A stretch of 64,000 nt of DNA from an uncultured archaeon (lineage in GTDB: Archaea; Micrarchaeota; Micrarchaeia; Micrarchaeales; CABMGC01), in assembly GCA_963787445.1 (NCBI GenBank), contig CAWBCT010000005.1, positions 448,001 through 512,000 of the forward strand, in the 5' to 3' direction. The position numbers and the translations under genes were made by a program. Position 1 is the stretch's first letter; each line of letters begins with the position of its first letter. Under the pieces are notes generated by a model that ran no database searches, was not told the DNA's origin, and saw only the letters and a program-made list of their open reading frames with translations. This document shows, piece by piece, positions 9,333 through 20,100 of this stretch.

Positions 9333-9872
9333 CTAGGGCGTGTTAGGGAACGAGTTGGAGGTCGAGGCCTTTACTACGATGGTGCCCACCGTTGACTCCT
9401 GCACCTGTGTGCTAACCAGGTAGTTCACCAAAGTGTAGTTTATCACTATGGACCCGTTGTACACTCCTCCCAAGTTCGTTGAGAATAGCGAGTTTGATGT
9501 TGTGTAGCACTGAACCGTGAAATTTCGCTGCGACCCAACCGGCATGTAAAGCTTATTCGAAGGAGGATTGTAGGGCGCCCGTACGTTCCTATAGGCCAGA
9601 CTCTGGTAGCAACCTATTCCCGTAACGTTTATCGGGTTGCTCGTATCCTGCAGCATGGTCAGTCGGACAATCCCATTCACATTCATCGCATAGGTCACGC
9701 ATTCGAAGCCCGTTGGCGCCACGCACTGCTGCGGCGCGCTGTTCAGGCTGCCGAATACACCCAGGCTGTAGAGCCCAACGAGTGCTATCGCGGTTACCAT
9801 TATCACCCAGCCGTAGGTGACCAGGTACTCCATGGCGCTCTGCAGTTTCACCGGTGTGCGAAAAGACCGCAT
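9333..9872 (-). CDS. Class III signal peptide (archaeal pilin-like) protein
   Basis: KLQSAMEYLVTYGW followed by a hydrophobic helix and a Cys-containing beta-rich domain. Confidence 0.8.
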   Translation of the reverse strand: MRSFRTPVKLQSAMEYLVTYGWVIMVTAIALVGLYSLGVFGSLNSAPQQCVAPTGFECVTYAMNVNGIVRLTMLQDTSNPINVTGIGCYQSLAYRNVRAPYNPPSNKLYMPVGSQRNFTVQCYTTSNSLFSTNLGGVYNGSIVINYTLVNYLVSTQVQESTVGTIVVKASTSNSFPNTP

Positions 9873-9940
9873 GCTATCTCATTGGACGATTGATTTTAAA
9901 TACGCATTAGCTTAAGCCGAAGCCGTGCGAAAATTAGCCC

Positions 9941-10258
9941 TCACTTCAGGACAACATTGCCCTGCGAGTCGGTCGTCTTCTTGAGGTTCTTTTTGTTGCT
10001 TTCAATCTTGTCCATCAGCGCCTTCTGCAGGTCGGTGTTCGGGCACTTAACCTGCATCAGCTCCAGAAGATAGTGCATGACGTCCGCAAACTCCTCCGCG
10101 ATTATCTTTTCCTCCTCTTTCTTTAGCACGGACTGCCCAAGCTCGCCTACCTCTATGTTAAGTGCGCTGAAAAGCCAGAGCCAGTCCCTGTTCCATCCCT
10201 TGAACCTGTAAAGCTCGTCTATGTTCGTCCTGAGCTGGTCCAGGCTAAGTTTTTCCAT
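9941..10258 (-). CDS. MazG-like nucleotide pyrophosphohydrolase
   Basis: EVGEL...EEFADV all-alpha NTP-PPase motif. Confidence 0.8.
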   Translation of the reverse strand: MEKLSLDQLRTNIDELYRFKGWNRDWLWLFSALNIEVGELGQSVLKKEEEKIIAEEFADVMHYLLELMQVKCPNTDLQKALMDKIESNKKNLKKTTDSQGNVVLK

Positions 10259-10270
10259 GCCCGCCGCCGC

Positions 10271-10528
10271 TCACTTGGCCTTCTTCGGTGCGGAATGCGG
10301 CTCACGCTCCTTTATCTCAAGGAACGTGTCCAGCTCCTGCTTGTTGCCCAGGTCTATCTTCTGGTTAAGGAACTCCAGGTGCTTAACGTTGCACTTCCTG
10401 TCCTTCGGCCTCGAGACGCTCCTCACATGGACGAAGTTCTTGTCCACGACCTTCGTTATCACTGCCCTATTCCCTGCATCCCTTCCCAGCTTCTTCACAC
10501 ATACGCGTCCTACTTCTAACAATGGCAT
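10271..10528 (-). CDS. rpl14e: 50S ribosomal protein L14e
   Basis: EVGRVCVKK.GRDAG, NVKHLE; position after cmk. Confidence 0.95.
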   Translation of the reverse strand: MPLLEVGRVCVKKLGRDAGNRAVITKVVDKNFVHVRSVSRPKDRKCNVKHLEFLNQKIDLGNKQELDTFLEIKEREPHSAPKKAK

Positions 10529-10531
10529 AAA

Positions 10532-11095
10532 TTACACCTTTTTAGCATGCTCCTTTATGATGATCTCCGCGACCTCCTCCGGGGTCCGCTTATCCGTCTC
10601 TATGACGAGGTTAAATGGGGAGGTATCATTCCCAAGATTAATATGGTAAAGTTCCATATATAGCTTGTGGTTCTCCCTGTCCCTCTCGCTGACCACCTGC
10701 TTTGACTCCTTCATGTCCGTGTCGTCCCTCTTCGCCATGCGCTCTGCCCTGGTGGTTGTTGAAGCGTTTAACCACACTTTGAAGCCCTCCTTGAACAGCC
10801 AGGGCACGGCCCAGCTCGTGATGACAATATTACCCCTTTTTATCTTTTCATGCAGCCTCCTGTCGGTCTCCCTGTCAAAATCCGGGTTGGTCTCCCTCTC
10901 CTTCAGGAACTTCAGGCCCTCCGGCATGTCCCACCAATCACTGCCGCCTGGCCGGTAGCCTCTTTCCACGGCCATCTCCTTGAGAATGTCCCCTCCGCCG
11001 ACCAGCGGGACCTTCAAGCGCTCGGCTAGAATCTTTGAAACGCTGGTCTTTCCAGATGCTGCCATGCCCGAGATGATTATCGCGTCCATGGCCAA
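10532..11095 (-). CDS. cmk: Cytidylate kinase (archaeal type)
   Basis: ISGMAASGKT P-loop, RA.R...RD, Y; synteny rpl34e-cmk-rpl14e. Confidence 0.9.
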   Translation of the reverse strand: MAMDAIIISGMAASGKTSVSKILAERLKVPLVGGGDILKEMAVERGYRPGGSDWWDMPEGLKFLKERETNPDFDRETDRRLHEKIKRGNIVITSWAVPWLFKEGFKVWLNASTTTRAERMAKRDDTDMKESKQVVSERDRENHKLYMELYHINLGNDTSPFNLVIETDKRTPEEVAEIIIKEHAKKV

Positions 11096-11105
11096 GCCCT
11101 AGGGA

Positions 11106-11429
11106 TTAATGCGAAATCATCTGCAAGACGTAGGAACGCTGCCTTATGCTTATGTCGCCCAGCTTCATCTCCCCCTGCTCGATCCTGCTGGCGGACTTTA
11201 TCACGCCGCTCGCGCAGGTGGCGCACAGGACGCCGCCGAAGAGCCTTGAGTTGGTCCTCCTGCTCCTTCCGCCGCTCCTGGAGAGCGTTATCCCGTTCAG
11301 CTCGGCCTTGCAGATGGCGCAGTGGGGAAGGCTGTTCTTCTTCCTCTCATAGTGAATAGTATTCCTCCCTGAGGGGGTGACCCTCGAGAGTCTCCTCATG
11401 CTCCTTGATCTATGCATTGGTTTTGGCAC
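11106..11429 (-). CDS. rpl34e: 50S ribosomal protein L34e
   Basis: RSRS.R...RVTPSG, CxxC, R.FGGVLCxxC; GTG start. Confidence 0.93.
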   Translation of the reverse strand: MPKPMHRSRSMRRLSRVTPSGRNTIHYERKKNSLPHCAICKAELNGITLSRSGGRSRRTNSRLFGGVLCATCASGVIKSASRIEQGEMKLGDISIRQRSYVLQMISH

Positions 11430-11488
11430 ATTAACACCGTTCTTTAAGTATAGAGTAGATATGGTTATTGCTCAATAAAGCTATTTAT

Positions 11489-12013
11489 CTATTGTGGCTG
11501 GGCCGGCTGAACCGGCTGCTGGGACTCCTGCTGCGGCTCCTTGTGGGACGGCTGTATCAGCCCGAAGTTGTACTTGTCCTTGAGCCTCCTGCGGTCAAAA
11601 ATCGAGAGGGCTATCGAGAGGACTATTCCCGCCACGAATATGACTACGAAGAAGGTGAGCTGGTATCCAAGCGTGAAACCCAGGAGGTTTACGCTGAAGT
11701 TCGTGCCCGCAAACACGTTCGGAAGTATCAGGTACTCGATTACGGCAAGGACCGGCAGTATCACTATCATCGGCTTCATCTGGTTCTTCATGCTCTGCAT
11801 GCTCAGCTCGGTCAGCTCGCGCTGCTTTGCGCTGAGCTTCTCCGGTGCCTCCTTGTTCTTGGACATGGCTATGAGCTCCTTGGTCTTGTGGTTCATGTGG
11901 GCGCGTATCTCGTACATCTTGTCGACGCCGGCGAGCTTGCGCTGCATGAGTATCGAGAAGCCAGCATAGGCTAAGCCTCCTACCACGATTCCTGCTGTCA
12001 AGATGTCGATCAT
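11489..12013 (-). CDS. DUF106 / EMC3-TMCO1 (Oxa1 superfamily) membrane protein
   Basis: TM-coiled coil-TM-TM layout with MKPM motif; sits between adk and rpl34e. Confidence 0.85.
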   Translation of the reverse strand: MIDILTAGIVVGGLAYAGFSILMQRKLAGVDKMYEIRAHMNHKTKELIAMSKNKEAPEKLSAKQRELTELSMQSMKNQMKPMIVILPVLAVIEYLILPNVFAGTNFSVNLLGFTLGYQLTFFVVIFVAGIVLSIALSIFDRRRLKDKYNFGLIQPSHKEPQQESQQPVQPAQPQ

Positions 12014-12026
12014 CCAATCACTACTT

Positions 12027-12575
12027 TTACGCTAGAGCCTCCCTTATCGCCTGCTGTACCTCCTTTGTGGCCTCTTCCACCATGTTTCTCTTGTTTTGTA
12101 TGATATATAATGCTGCGCCGAGCTCCTGGGCGTAGTAGGTTGCGAGGCTGATGTTGACGTCCCGCTGCTCGTCTATCTCGTCCGCGGTCTCGTCCTCCCT
12201 CTTCCTCGTCGTGTCCCTAATGCGCCTGAGTAGGATCTCCACCGCAGAGGCGTCCAGGTAGATTATCGCCCGTACGTCCTTCAGCATGGCCAGGTCCTCT
12301 TTTGAGAGGCCGGCGATGTACCTGTTGCCCCTCCTCACGGAGGTGTGGGTGTCTATGATCACATGCCCCTTGATATCGTTTATGTCGTCGAAGACGGTCT
12401 TCCTCATCTCGACTATCTCCTCCTTCTTCAGGGCCCTTATGTTGTCGCGCCCGATCTTCTTGTTTGTGTGCTTGAGCATCTCTGTGCCCATATTGAAGAC
12501 CCTGATGTTCTTCAGCTTCGAGATGATCGTGGTCTTGCCGCAACCCGGCGTCCCCGTTATTATTATTTTACCCAT
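12027..12575 (-). CDS. adkA: Adenylate kinase (archaeal type)
   Basis: TGTPGCGKTT, NMG..M, RD.IR, IIDTH, RR..D.TR.RE. Confidence 0.92.
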   Translation of the reverse strand: MGKIIITGTPGCGKTTIISKLKNIRVFNMGTEMLKHTNKKIGRDNIRALKKEEIVEMRKTVFDDINDIKGHVIIDTHTSVRRGNRYIAGLSKEDLAMLKDVRAIIYLDASAVEILLRRIRDTTRKREDETADEIDEQRDVNISLATYYAQELGAALYIIQNKRNMVEEATKEVQQAIREALA

Positions 12576-12668
12576 CGAACTCTTCTCCTAACACTTACGA
12601 TAATACACGCAAAAATAAAAGGATTCGCAAAACAACAAACGCGAACCAAAACTAACCGGTCTGGCTCA

Positions 12669-14321
12669 TTAATCGTCCAGGTGTCCGCCCATCCCTCCCG
12701 GCATGCCGCCTCCGCCTGCAGGTGCCCTGCCCTTGGAGCTGATCATGTCGTCTATGCGCAGGATCGATGAGGAGGCCTCTGTCGCGCTTGACATCGCCTG
12801 AAGCTTTACCTTCAGCGGCTCAATCACGCCGAGCTTCTCCATGTCCGCCATCTTGTTGTTGTAGACGTCGATACCGAAGTCCCTGCCGTCCTTGCCCTTG
12901 TGCTTGCTGCGCAGTGCGACGAGCGTGTCTATGGCATCCATGCCGGCACTGTCTGCCAGGGTCTTTGGCACAACCTCGAGAGCGTCAGCGAACGCCTGTA
13001 TCGCGAGCTGTTCCCTTCCGCCTACGTCTGTGGCGTACTCGCGCACCTTCATCGAGACATCTATCTCGGTGCTGCCGCCTCCTGTGACATACTTGCCTGA
13101 TTCAACGGCGCTTGCAAGCGCTCCCAGGACGTCCGTCATCGCACGTTCTACTTCGTCGACAGCCTGCTTTGTGCCGCCGCGTATGAACAGCGTTACGCTC
13201 TTGGGATCCTTGCACTTCTCCACGAAGATCATCTGCTCTCCTGAGATCTTTCTCTCCTCGACCATTCCTGCAAAGCCTAGGTCCTTCTGGCTCAGGTCGT
13301 CAAGGCTTGTTACCAGCCTTGCCCCTGTTGCCTTTGCGAGCTTCTCCATGTCGCTCTTCTTGACCCTCCTGACGGCGATTATGCCGTTCTTGGAGAGGAA
13401 GTGCTGCGCCACGTCGTCTATCCCCTTCTGCACGAAGACCACGCTCGCCTTGCTCTTGACGATCTTCTCGACCATGTTCTTTATCATCTTCTCTTCCTGT
13501 TCAAGGAAGGCCTGCATCTGCTCCGGTGAGGTTATCTCGATGCGTGCATCCGTCTCGGTCTTCTCTATCTCAAGTGCAACGTCGAGCAGCGCAATGGCCG
13601 CATTCTTCATGAGCCTCGGCATGCCCTGATGGGCTATCTCCTTGTCGATGACAACCCCGTTTATGAAGCTTGTGTCCTCGATGCTCCCGCCCTCCTTCTT
13701 CTCCAGCTTTATGAAGTCGCGGTCGATGGTCACTTTCGAGCCCTCCTTTATCGAGACCTGCTGCAGCGCCTGCAGCAGAAGGGAGGCGAGGTGCTTCTTC
13801 GTTATGTCGCTGCCTATATTCTTCGAACCCATCGAGATCATGGCGATGCGCTCAAGCTTGTCCTTGTCGTTTATCGTTATGTTCCTGGCCATGCTGTCGA
13901 GAGCGTCCACCGCCTTGATGCGGGCCATCTCATAGCCCTTGATTATCGCTGCGGGAGGGATTCCCTGATCAAGCAGTCCGCCAGCGTTCTTCAGCAGCTC
14001 GCCTGCGATTATCACTGCCGTGGTTGTGCCGTCCCCGACCTCTTTGTCCTGGGTCTTGGCTATCTCCACCATGATCTTCGCGACCGGGTGCTCCACGTTC
14101 ATCTCTTCGAGGATTGTGGCCCCGTCGTTGGTTATGATTATGTCCCCGAGCTCGCTTACGAGCATCTTGTCCATGCCCTTGGGACCGAGCGTGGTCCTCA
14201 CGATGCTTGCTACCGCATAGCCCACCGCTATGTTGGTGCGCTGTGCCTCCTTTCCTATAAGGCGGCTTGCGCCCTCAGGCAATATTAGATACTGCTGTCC
14301 CCCTAGTTGATTGTCTGCCAT
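12669..14321 (-). CDS. Thermosome (group II chaperonin) subunit
   Basis: [31 protein letters not shown]-rich tail. Confidence 0.97.
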   Translation of the reverse strand: MADNQLGGQQYLILPEGASRLIGKEAQRTNIAVGYAVASIVRTTLGPKGMDKMLVSELGDIIITNDGATILEEMNVEHPVAKIMVEIAKTQDKEVGDGTTTAVIIAGELLKNAGGLLDQGIPPAAIIKGYEMARIKAVDALDSMARNITINDKDKLERIAMISMGSKNIGSDITKKHLASLLLQALQQVSIKEGSKVTIDRDFIKLEKKEGGSIEDTSFINGVVIDKEIAHQGMPRLMKNAAIALLDVALEIEKTETDARIEITSPEQMQAFLEQEEKMIKNMVEKIVKSKASVVFVQKGIDDVAQHFLSKNGIIAVRRVKKSDMEKLAKATGARLVTSLDDLSQKDLGFAGMVEERKISGEQMIFVEKCKDPKSVTLFIRGGTKQAVDEVERAMTDVLGALASAVESGKYVTGGGSTEIDVSMKVREYATDVGGREQLAIQAFADALEVVPKTLADSAGMDAIDTLVALRSKHKGKDGRDFGIDVYNNKMADMEKLGVIEPLKVKLQAMSSATEASSSILRIDDMISSKGRAPAGGGGMPGGMGGHLDD

Positions 14322-14491
14322 TATATCACATTTATTTAGTATAAATCGCCCTACCTGGAAAAAGCCTGAATGAGAGTAAGGATAACAGTAACTTATAATG
14401 ACAAAAAACTATTTATAGGTTTGTTTTGACCCAGGATACGATGGCCGTAATAACGCATATATATCTGAAAAGGCGGTGTTTATAGTGTGAT

Positions 14492-15633
14492 ATGATGCCT
14501 GAAGTCAAGAGAGCTAAAACAGTAAGGACAGTCATGACAACCACGGCAGCCGCAGCGTTTCTTCTAGTTGCTCGACCTGCTGATGCCTGGCAAAGGAGTG
14601 CCGGAGGCGCAGCACCGCGGGCAAACGTTCAGCAAACCCACAATGTTGTAAACAATGGGAGGGGCAATGTGGGCACTTTCAACAGGAACTTTTCACTTAA
14701 TACTCGCGTAAACAACGGATTTAGAGGAAACCTCGGAGTTGCACGCACATTTGGAAACAACAGCGCAACTCGTGTCAGATAACAGAGTGAACTCACACCT
14801 AGCAGGCAACAATTTCAGGCCGAACAGGGGTATAGGTGGGAACACAGATTTTAGACTAGGCCACCGTGGAAATAATGGTATCTTTTTTGGAGGAATTAAC
14901 TACGGATTCGGGCAACGCTATCATCGCGCCTACGGCAGGGGCTGGGGCGGCTGGGGCTGCTACGGCGGCGGATGCTGGCTACCGGAGTACGTCGATAACC
15001 TGATGTGGGGCTGGAACGGCTGGCCTGTGATCTTTGCCGGTGGCGTAGAGTACGCTACCGCAGTTTACTCACCATACATTGTAAATGGAGCCCAGGTCGT
15101 AGTGGAAGGAAACCCAATGGTTACCTACGCCTATGACGTTCCAGGCCGGGGAGCAGTTAATGTTATAGGCCCTCAGCCACAGGTTGTCGATGACCAATCA
15201 ACTTCTCAGATAAACACTTTAACTGCAACCCAGAATGCACAGGAAAGAAAGATAGATGTACTGGCAGCCACACAGGTAGCTGATGAAAGAAAGTTCGGGA
15301 ATGCGATAACCACATTGGCAGAAAATCAGGCAAAACAAGGTAAAGGGTTCCAGAACGAGATTGAGTCCATAACAAAAACCCTGAAGCGCACCGCCGATGT
15401 GATCGGTGCCACTACCGAAAAGGTCAAGGACGACTGCAGATCAGGTTAAGGAACTAGAGAACTCAGATGAATCAGAAGCCAGCATGGAAGATCTGAAAAC
15501 CACTCAACGAAGAGTTCTGGCTGCTCTGATTGGCATCTCTGCCTACGCTCTTGGTGCTACCTTAGTCTCTTTGGGTCTCCACTTTAGGAAGCCTAAAAAG
15601 GCAAACACAGAAGCAGGCCAACCGGCAGGCTGA
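14492..15633 (+). pseudogene. Secreted, C-terminally membrane-anchored protein split over three frames (two +1 frameshifts); pseudogene, recoded gene or sequence error
   Basis: ORFs 14492-14782, 14739-15449 and 15406-15633 step +1 each time; signal peptide (PADA|W), N/G/R-rich region, coiled coil, TM helix and basic tail; 1142 nt = 380 codons + 2. Confidence 0.6.
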
Positions 15634-15639
15634 TGCGGG

Positions 15640-15647
15640 TTTATAAA
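15640..15647 (+). promoter_or_regulatory. TATA box of the half-TBP gene
   Basis: TTTATAAA ending 30 nt before ATG 15677, consistent with a leaderless or short-leader archaeal promoter. Confidence 0.6.
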
Positions 15648-15676
15648 AGTTGCTGTGACAATAGTATCTGAATACC

Positions 15677-15994
15677 ATGGCCAAATCAAAGGGTAGAATG
15701 AGGACCTACGCCTCGCGCAAGATAAACCCCCAGATAAAAGTGCAAAACATCGTGGTCAGCGCAGACCTTCACGCCAACATCGACCTGTTTTCTCTCTCAA
15801 AGAACGTCCGCGAGGTGGACTACGAGCCCGAGCAGTTCCCCGGCGCAATCTTCCGCATAAAGGAGCCCAAGGGCGTGATCATACTTTTCAAGAACGGCAA
15901 GCTTATCTGCACCGGCTCCAACACCACGAAGAACATAAAGATCGTGCTCGAGCGCGCCGCCAAGGTAATCTCAAAGTACACGATAGACGTTTAG
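15677..15994 (+). CDS. Single-repeat (half) TATA-box binding protein-like protein
   Basis: One complete TBP repeat: IKVQNIVVS, IDL, YEPEQFPGAIFR, ILFKNGKLICTG; 105 aa with basic N-terminal tail. Confidence 0.88.
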   Translation: MAKSKGRMRTYASRKINPQIKVQNIVVSADLHANIDLFSLSKNVREVDYEPEQFPGAIFRIKEPKGVIILFKNGKLICTGSNTTKNIKIVLERAAKVISKYTIDV

Positions 15995-17130
15995 ACGCTC
16001 TTTTTCTTCGTCTCTTCCAGCAGCCTGTCGAACTTCCTGAAGAATATCTCCCAGGAGTAGGTGCTCTCAACTCTTTTCCTTGCCTCGTGTCCCATCCTCT
16101 CAGTGAGCGAGGCATTTCCTGACAGCTGAAGCATCCTTTCGGCCATCTCCTTCTCCGAGCCCACAAGGAAGCCCGTCTTCCCGTCCACCACTATGTCCCG
16201 CGGGCCACCCTCATTCACCGATATTACTGGCTTGCCGCTTGCCATGCCCTCCAGCAGCGAGATCCCGTGCTCCTCGTTCTGCCCGGAGAAGAGCATCGCA
16301 GTCGCGGAAGCGTGCAGCCTCCTTATCTCTTTGTCGGAGACGTTGGTCTTCATCTCCACCTTCAGCCCATGCGCGAGCTTCTTGAGCTTGTTGTAGTAGG
16401 CCTGGTGCTCTGGGTCCTTCGACAATGTTCCTGCAAGGACCAGCGAGTAGTTCTTCTTGCTCCTTGCTGAGAACTGCCTGAATGCGTTTATCACGTACTC
16501 CTGGCGCTTGTTGACCACGAAACGGGAGGGGTAGAAAAAGTATTTGTCATAGGCCTCATTGTTAAACTCCGAGGGCTCCACCCCTGGATATATTATTGTT
16601 GAATCGCGCCCATAGAACTTCTTAACATTTGACTGGGTCTTGGCGCTGTTCGCGGCGATGACCTCAATGTTCTTTATCACCCGGTTGGCTATCAGCTTGT
16701 ACATCTTCGTCATGGAGGAGTAGAGGAACTTCTGCCTGCTCGACCTGTGCTTCATCCTGGTCTCGTACAGGTCGTACACCTCTCTTGGAGGGGTGTGGCA
16801 GTACCACAGCACCCGCGCATTCTTGTGGCGGATCCACTCGCTCGGCGAGATGTGCGCATTTATCACGTCGTAATCCTCCTTTAGCTTGAGGTTGTAGAAG
16901 TTGTAGCCGTACCTCAGCCCCTGCGAGGCCCTGTAGGGCAGCATCTCGGCGAAGGGGACGTCCTTCCCGACTATCTTCACATCAACATCCTTGAACTCCG
17001 GGAAGGTGTCCTTCGGGGTGTACTCCAGCGTGTAGATGGGGGCGTCGTAGTGCTGCGCTATCTTCAGGAACACCCTCTCCGCTCCGCCCTTGAGATTTAT
17101 GTACGGTTGGGCAATAATCAGCTTCATCAT
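15991..17130 (-). CDS. Glycosyltransferase family 4
   Basis: GGAERV, YCHTPPR, KRQE, EEHGISLLEGMASG (EX7E). Confidence 0.93.
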   Translation of the reverse strand: MMKLIIAQPYINLKGGAERVFLKIAQHYDAPIYTLEYTPKDTFPEFKDVDVKIVGKDVPFAEMLPYRASQGLRYGYNFYNLKLKEDYDVINAHISPSEWIRHKNARVLWYCHTPPREVYDLYETRMKHRSSRQKFLYSSMTKMYKLIANRVIKNIEVIAANSAKTQSNVKKFYGRDSTIIYPGVEPSEFNNEAYDKYFFYPSRFVVNKRQEYVINAFRQFSARSKKNYSLVLAGTLSKDPEHQAYYNKLKKLAHGLKVEMKTNVSDKEIRRLHASATAMLFSGQNEEHGISLLEGMASGKPVISVNEGGPRDIVVDGKTGFLVGSEKEMAERMLQLSGNASLTERMGHEARKRVESTYSWEIFFRKFDRLLEETKKKSV

Positions 17131-17166
17131 ATCAGCAACGAATGGCGAACCTAGGAATATATACGT

Positions 17167-20100
17167 TCAGCCAGGTATCGAGTAGTTGTTGTTCACGTAG
17201 CTCGGCTTGGGCACAACCACAGGCAGCGTGCCCGTGAAGTTGTTGAGCTTGAATATCATTATCTGGTTCGTGTCGTTCAGGTTCAACCCCTTGAAGCTCT
17301 CAGGGTACACCAGGGTGAAGCCCGGCAGCTTTCCGAAGAAGAAGCCGCGGTAGTAGTTCGAGTTGTAGAAGTCTGAAGGGGCATTCGTAACCGTGTCGTT
17401 GGGCCCGTTGGGCAGGTAAAGGGCCATGAAGTTTATGTAGAGCGGGCCTCCCTGGGTGAACTGGCGTTCTCCATTATAGAAGAGCTGGCCGGGCGAGATC
17501 ACGATGTTCGTAAGCGTCCCGTTGGGCGTGTAAACCGGAAGCAGGCCCTGGGCATTGGCCGTTGTCTGGACGCAGTAGGTCTGGTTCACCAGCTGGGGTA
17601 TCACCTCGCCCACGGTCAGCACAGCCTTTATCGCAGTTACGGAGGCGTTTGAGAAGCTGCAGTAGTCGGATATCTGCGGGCTTGCGGGTATGTTGATGTC
17701 CACCGGATCGTGGGAGATCTCGCACTGGGAGGTGCCCGTCAGGAACGGCTGGCCGTAGAGCTGCCCCTGCGCACTCGCGTAGGCCTGGCTTGTCTGGTTT
17801 ACGTTTACGCAGGCGAGGAAGTCAAGGGCCGACCACTTTGGTATCAGCTGATCGTCGAACAGCACGTAGCCCGCCTGAACCGAGTCCATGAACGTGCCCA
17901 GGTCCTTGGGCCCGTAGCTGTCGTTCACGCCCAGCACGTAATGGGCGGCGACCTTGTAGTCCAGCGTTGCCACAGAGTTGTCGCCCCTTATGACCGCGTT
18001 GCTGTTGCCGAACCAGTTGATCCAGTCGCCGTAGTCCCACCAGGAGAGTATTCTGGGCGCATAGGGCCCCACATTGGCGCTCATCCAGGCGGTCGCATAG
18101 AGCCAGGCCTGGGGCACGGTGTTGCAGTAAAGGTTCAGCCCTAGGACGTTCGTGTTGTTCGCGTTGGAGAGCGCACTGCAGCTCGGGTTTGCAGCGGCCG
18201 CGAACACGCTGACGAGCGACATGGCCTCCAGTAGCACGACAAGCACGAAGAAGCCGTAGAGCGCGTAGGTGTACCTAATGTCCGTAGCATGGTTCTTCTT
18301 GATGTAAAGCGCCGCCTCGCCGACGAGTATGCCGATTGCAAGTATGTACGCAACCCCGAAGTGCGGCAGGTACTTCACCTCGCTAAGCCCTGCCAATGCG
18401 AGCAGGCCGATTATGACCAGGTTCAGCACGCCCGTCTTCGAGTCGTTCTTTATGATGGTGTACAGCGAAACTCCGCCAAAGAGTATCAGCACCAGGAATA
18501 TTATGAGTGGAAGGCCGAAGGTGCTCGCCCCAATTATGCCAAAACCGTTGCTTCCGAAGTTGAAGGTAATTCCTGTTATCGCATACTCCTGCACTGTCAT
18601 GAACAGCGGTATGGACGGGGTGGTGAAGTGCACGCTGAGGCTATAGTAGTCCTTGACCGGCTTCCCCAGCGGGGTGAAGAGTATGAGCAGTATCACAAGG
18701 AGTGCCAGCACGCCGAGCCATTCATAATAGGTTATCTTTTCAACCTTCTTTATTATGCCGTACTTCTTTGCCAGCGTCGGCACGTACTCAAAGACCGCGA
18801 CTATGAGGAGCGCAAAGAGCGGGAACGCCACGATCGTAGGTATGCCCACCACCGACGGGATGCTGTCCGTTATCGCAGTCGTGTAGGGGCTGTAGAGTAT
18901 GTAGAAGAGCACAATGACGCCTATGACTATGGCGTTCATCTTGTAGAATGAGAGGCTGTTCTTGTTTCTCAGCACGTCGATGAGGCCCTGGACCACTATG
19001 TACAGGGCAAGTATTCCCGCATCGACGGTGTAGTAGTGGGATCCGAGGAAGGTCGAGACGAATGCTATGCCGGCAAGTATCGCATAGCGCTTCTCGTCCG
19101 GGTTTCTCACCGCCAGAAGGTATGTGGCGAAGAAGAAGAACAGCGCAAAGATGCCCCAGGGCTCGAGCAGCTGCTCTCCAGCGATGAACGTTGAGATGAG
19201 CGTGGGCATGGCCGCAGCGAGCGCGGCGGCTATGAGCGCAGGATACTCGCCGTACTCGTGATAAACGTACATGAACACCACGAAGACCAGCAGCGCAGCG
19301 GTTATGGGAGGGTAGACGCTGCTGGTGGTGCTGAGCAGCGAGGTGCTGATCTGCGCTGTTCCCGGCGCGCCCGCAGCTATCTGGTACCAGTAGGCCTCAA
19401 GGTAGGGCACTATGGGCTGTATGCTTTGAATCGTCCCGTTCACCAGGGTCGGCCAGGCCGAGTGGCTGTAGACCAGCTGGTAACCGTAGGTAAGTATGTA
19501 CTGGGTGCTGATCATGTCGAAGTAGGGGTCGAACTCGAAGAAGTGCGTGACCGAGCTCGGCACCGAGAGGTTCACTACGCGCGAGGCGAAAGAGACCAGC
19601 ATCAGCAGGAGAAGCAGCATCCAGACGATGGGCATGTTCGACTTCTTCGTGTCCTCCCTGGAGATGAGCCCGTACTCCTCGCGCTCATGCTCCTCGTACA
19701 GCCTGCGCTCCTGCCCGGCGTGGGTCTTCTTGACACTCTCGATCTCCTCAGAGCCGGCCCCGCTCTCCCTCAGGAGCCTCATCTCATTTTCATGGCCTTC
19801 CGCCAGCGTCTTCTCCTCCCTCTCGTGCTCGCGGAGTATCTTCATGTCAACTCCGAGGTGGGAGATCTTCGCGCGCAGTTCAGAGACCCGCTGCCTGTAA
19901 TCCGCGCTCGTGCTCCTGTACTCCTTTCCGGAGCCGTTGCGCCTGATTAGCGAGGACCAGTAGGCCGGGTCAAGGGCGCCCTGCCAGTAGCATAGGATGA
20001 GCCCTATTATCGTAAGTATGATGACGTTGATGTTGTAGAGGCCCGCTGAGAAGCTGAAGAAGCTGCTTACGGGTATGAGGTAGGCCTCTGCCCAGATCAT

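Noticed and set aside
9254-9872. Integrated element at the tRNA-Val or tRNA-Arg 3' ends
   Set aside because: No duplicated tRNA 3' end (att site) or integrase was found in the window.
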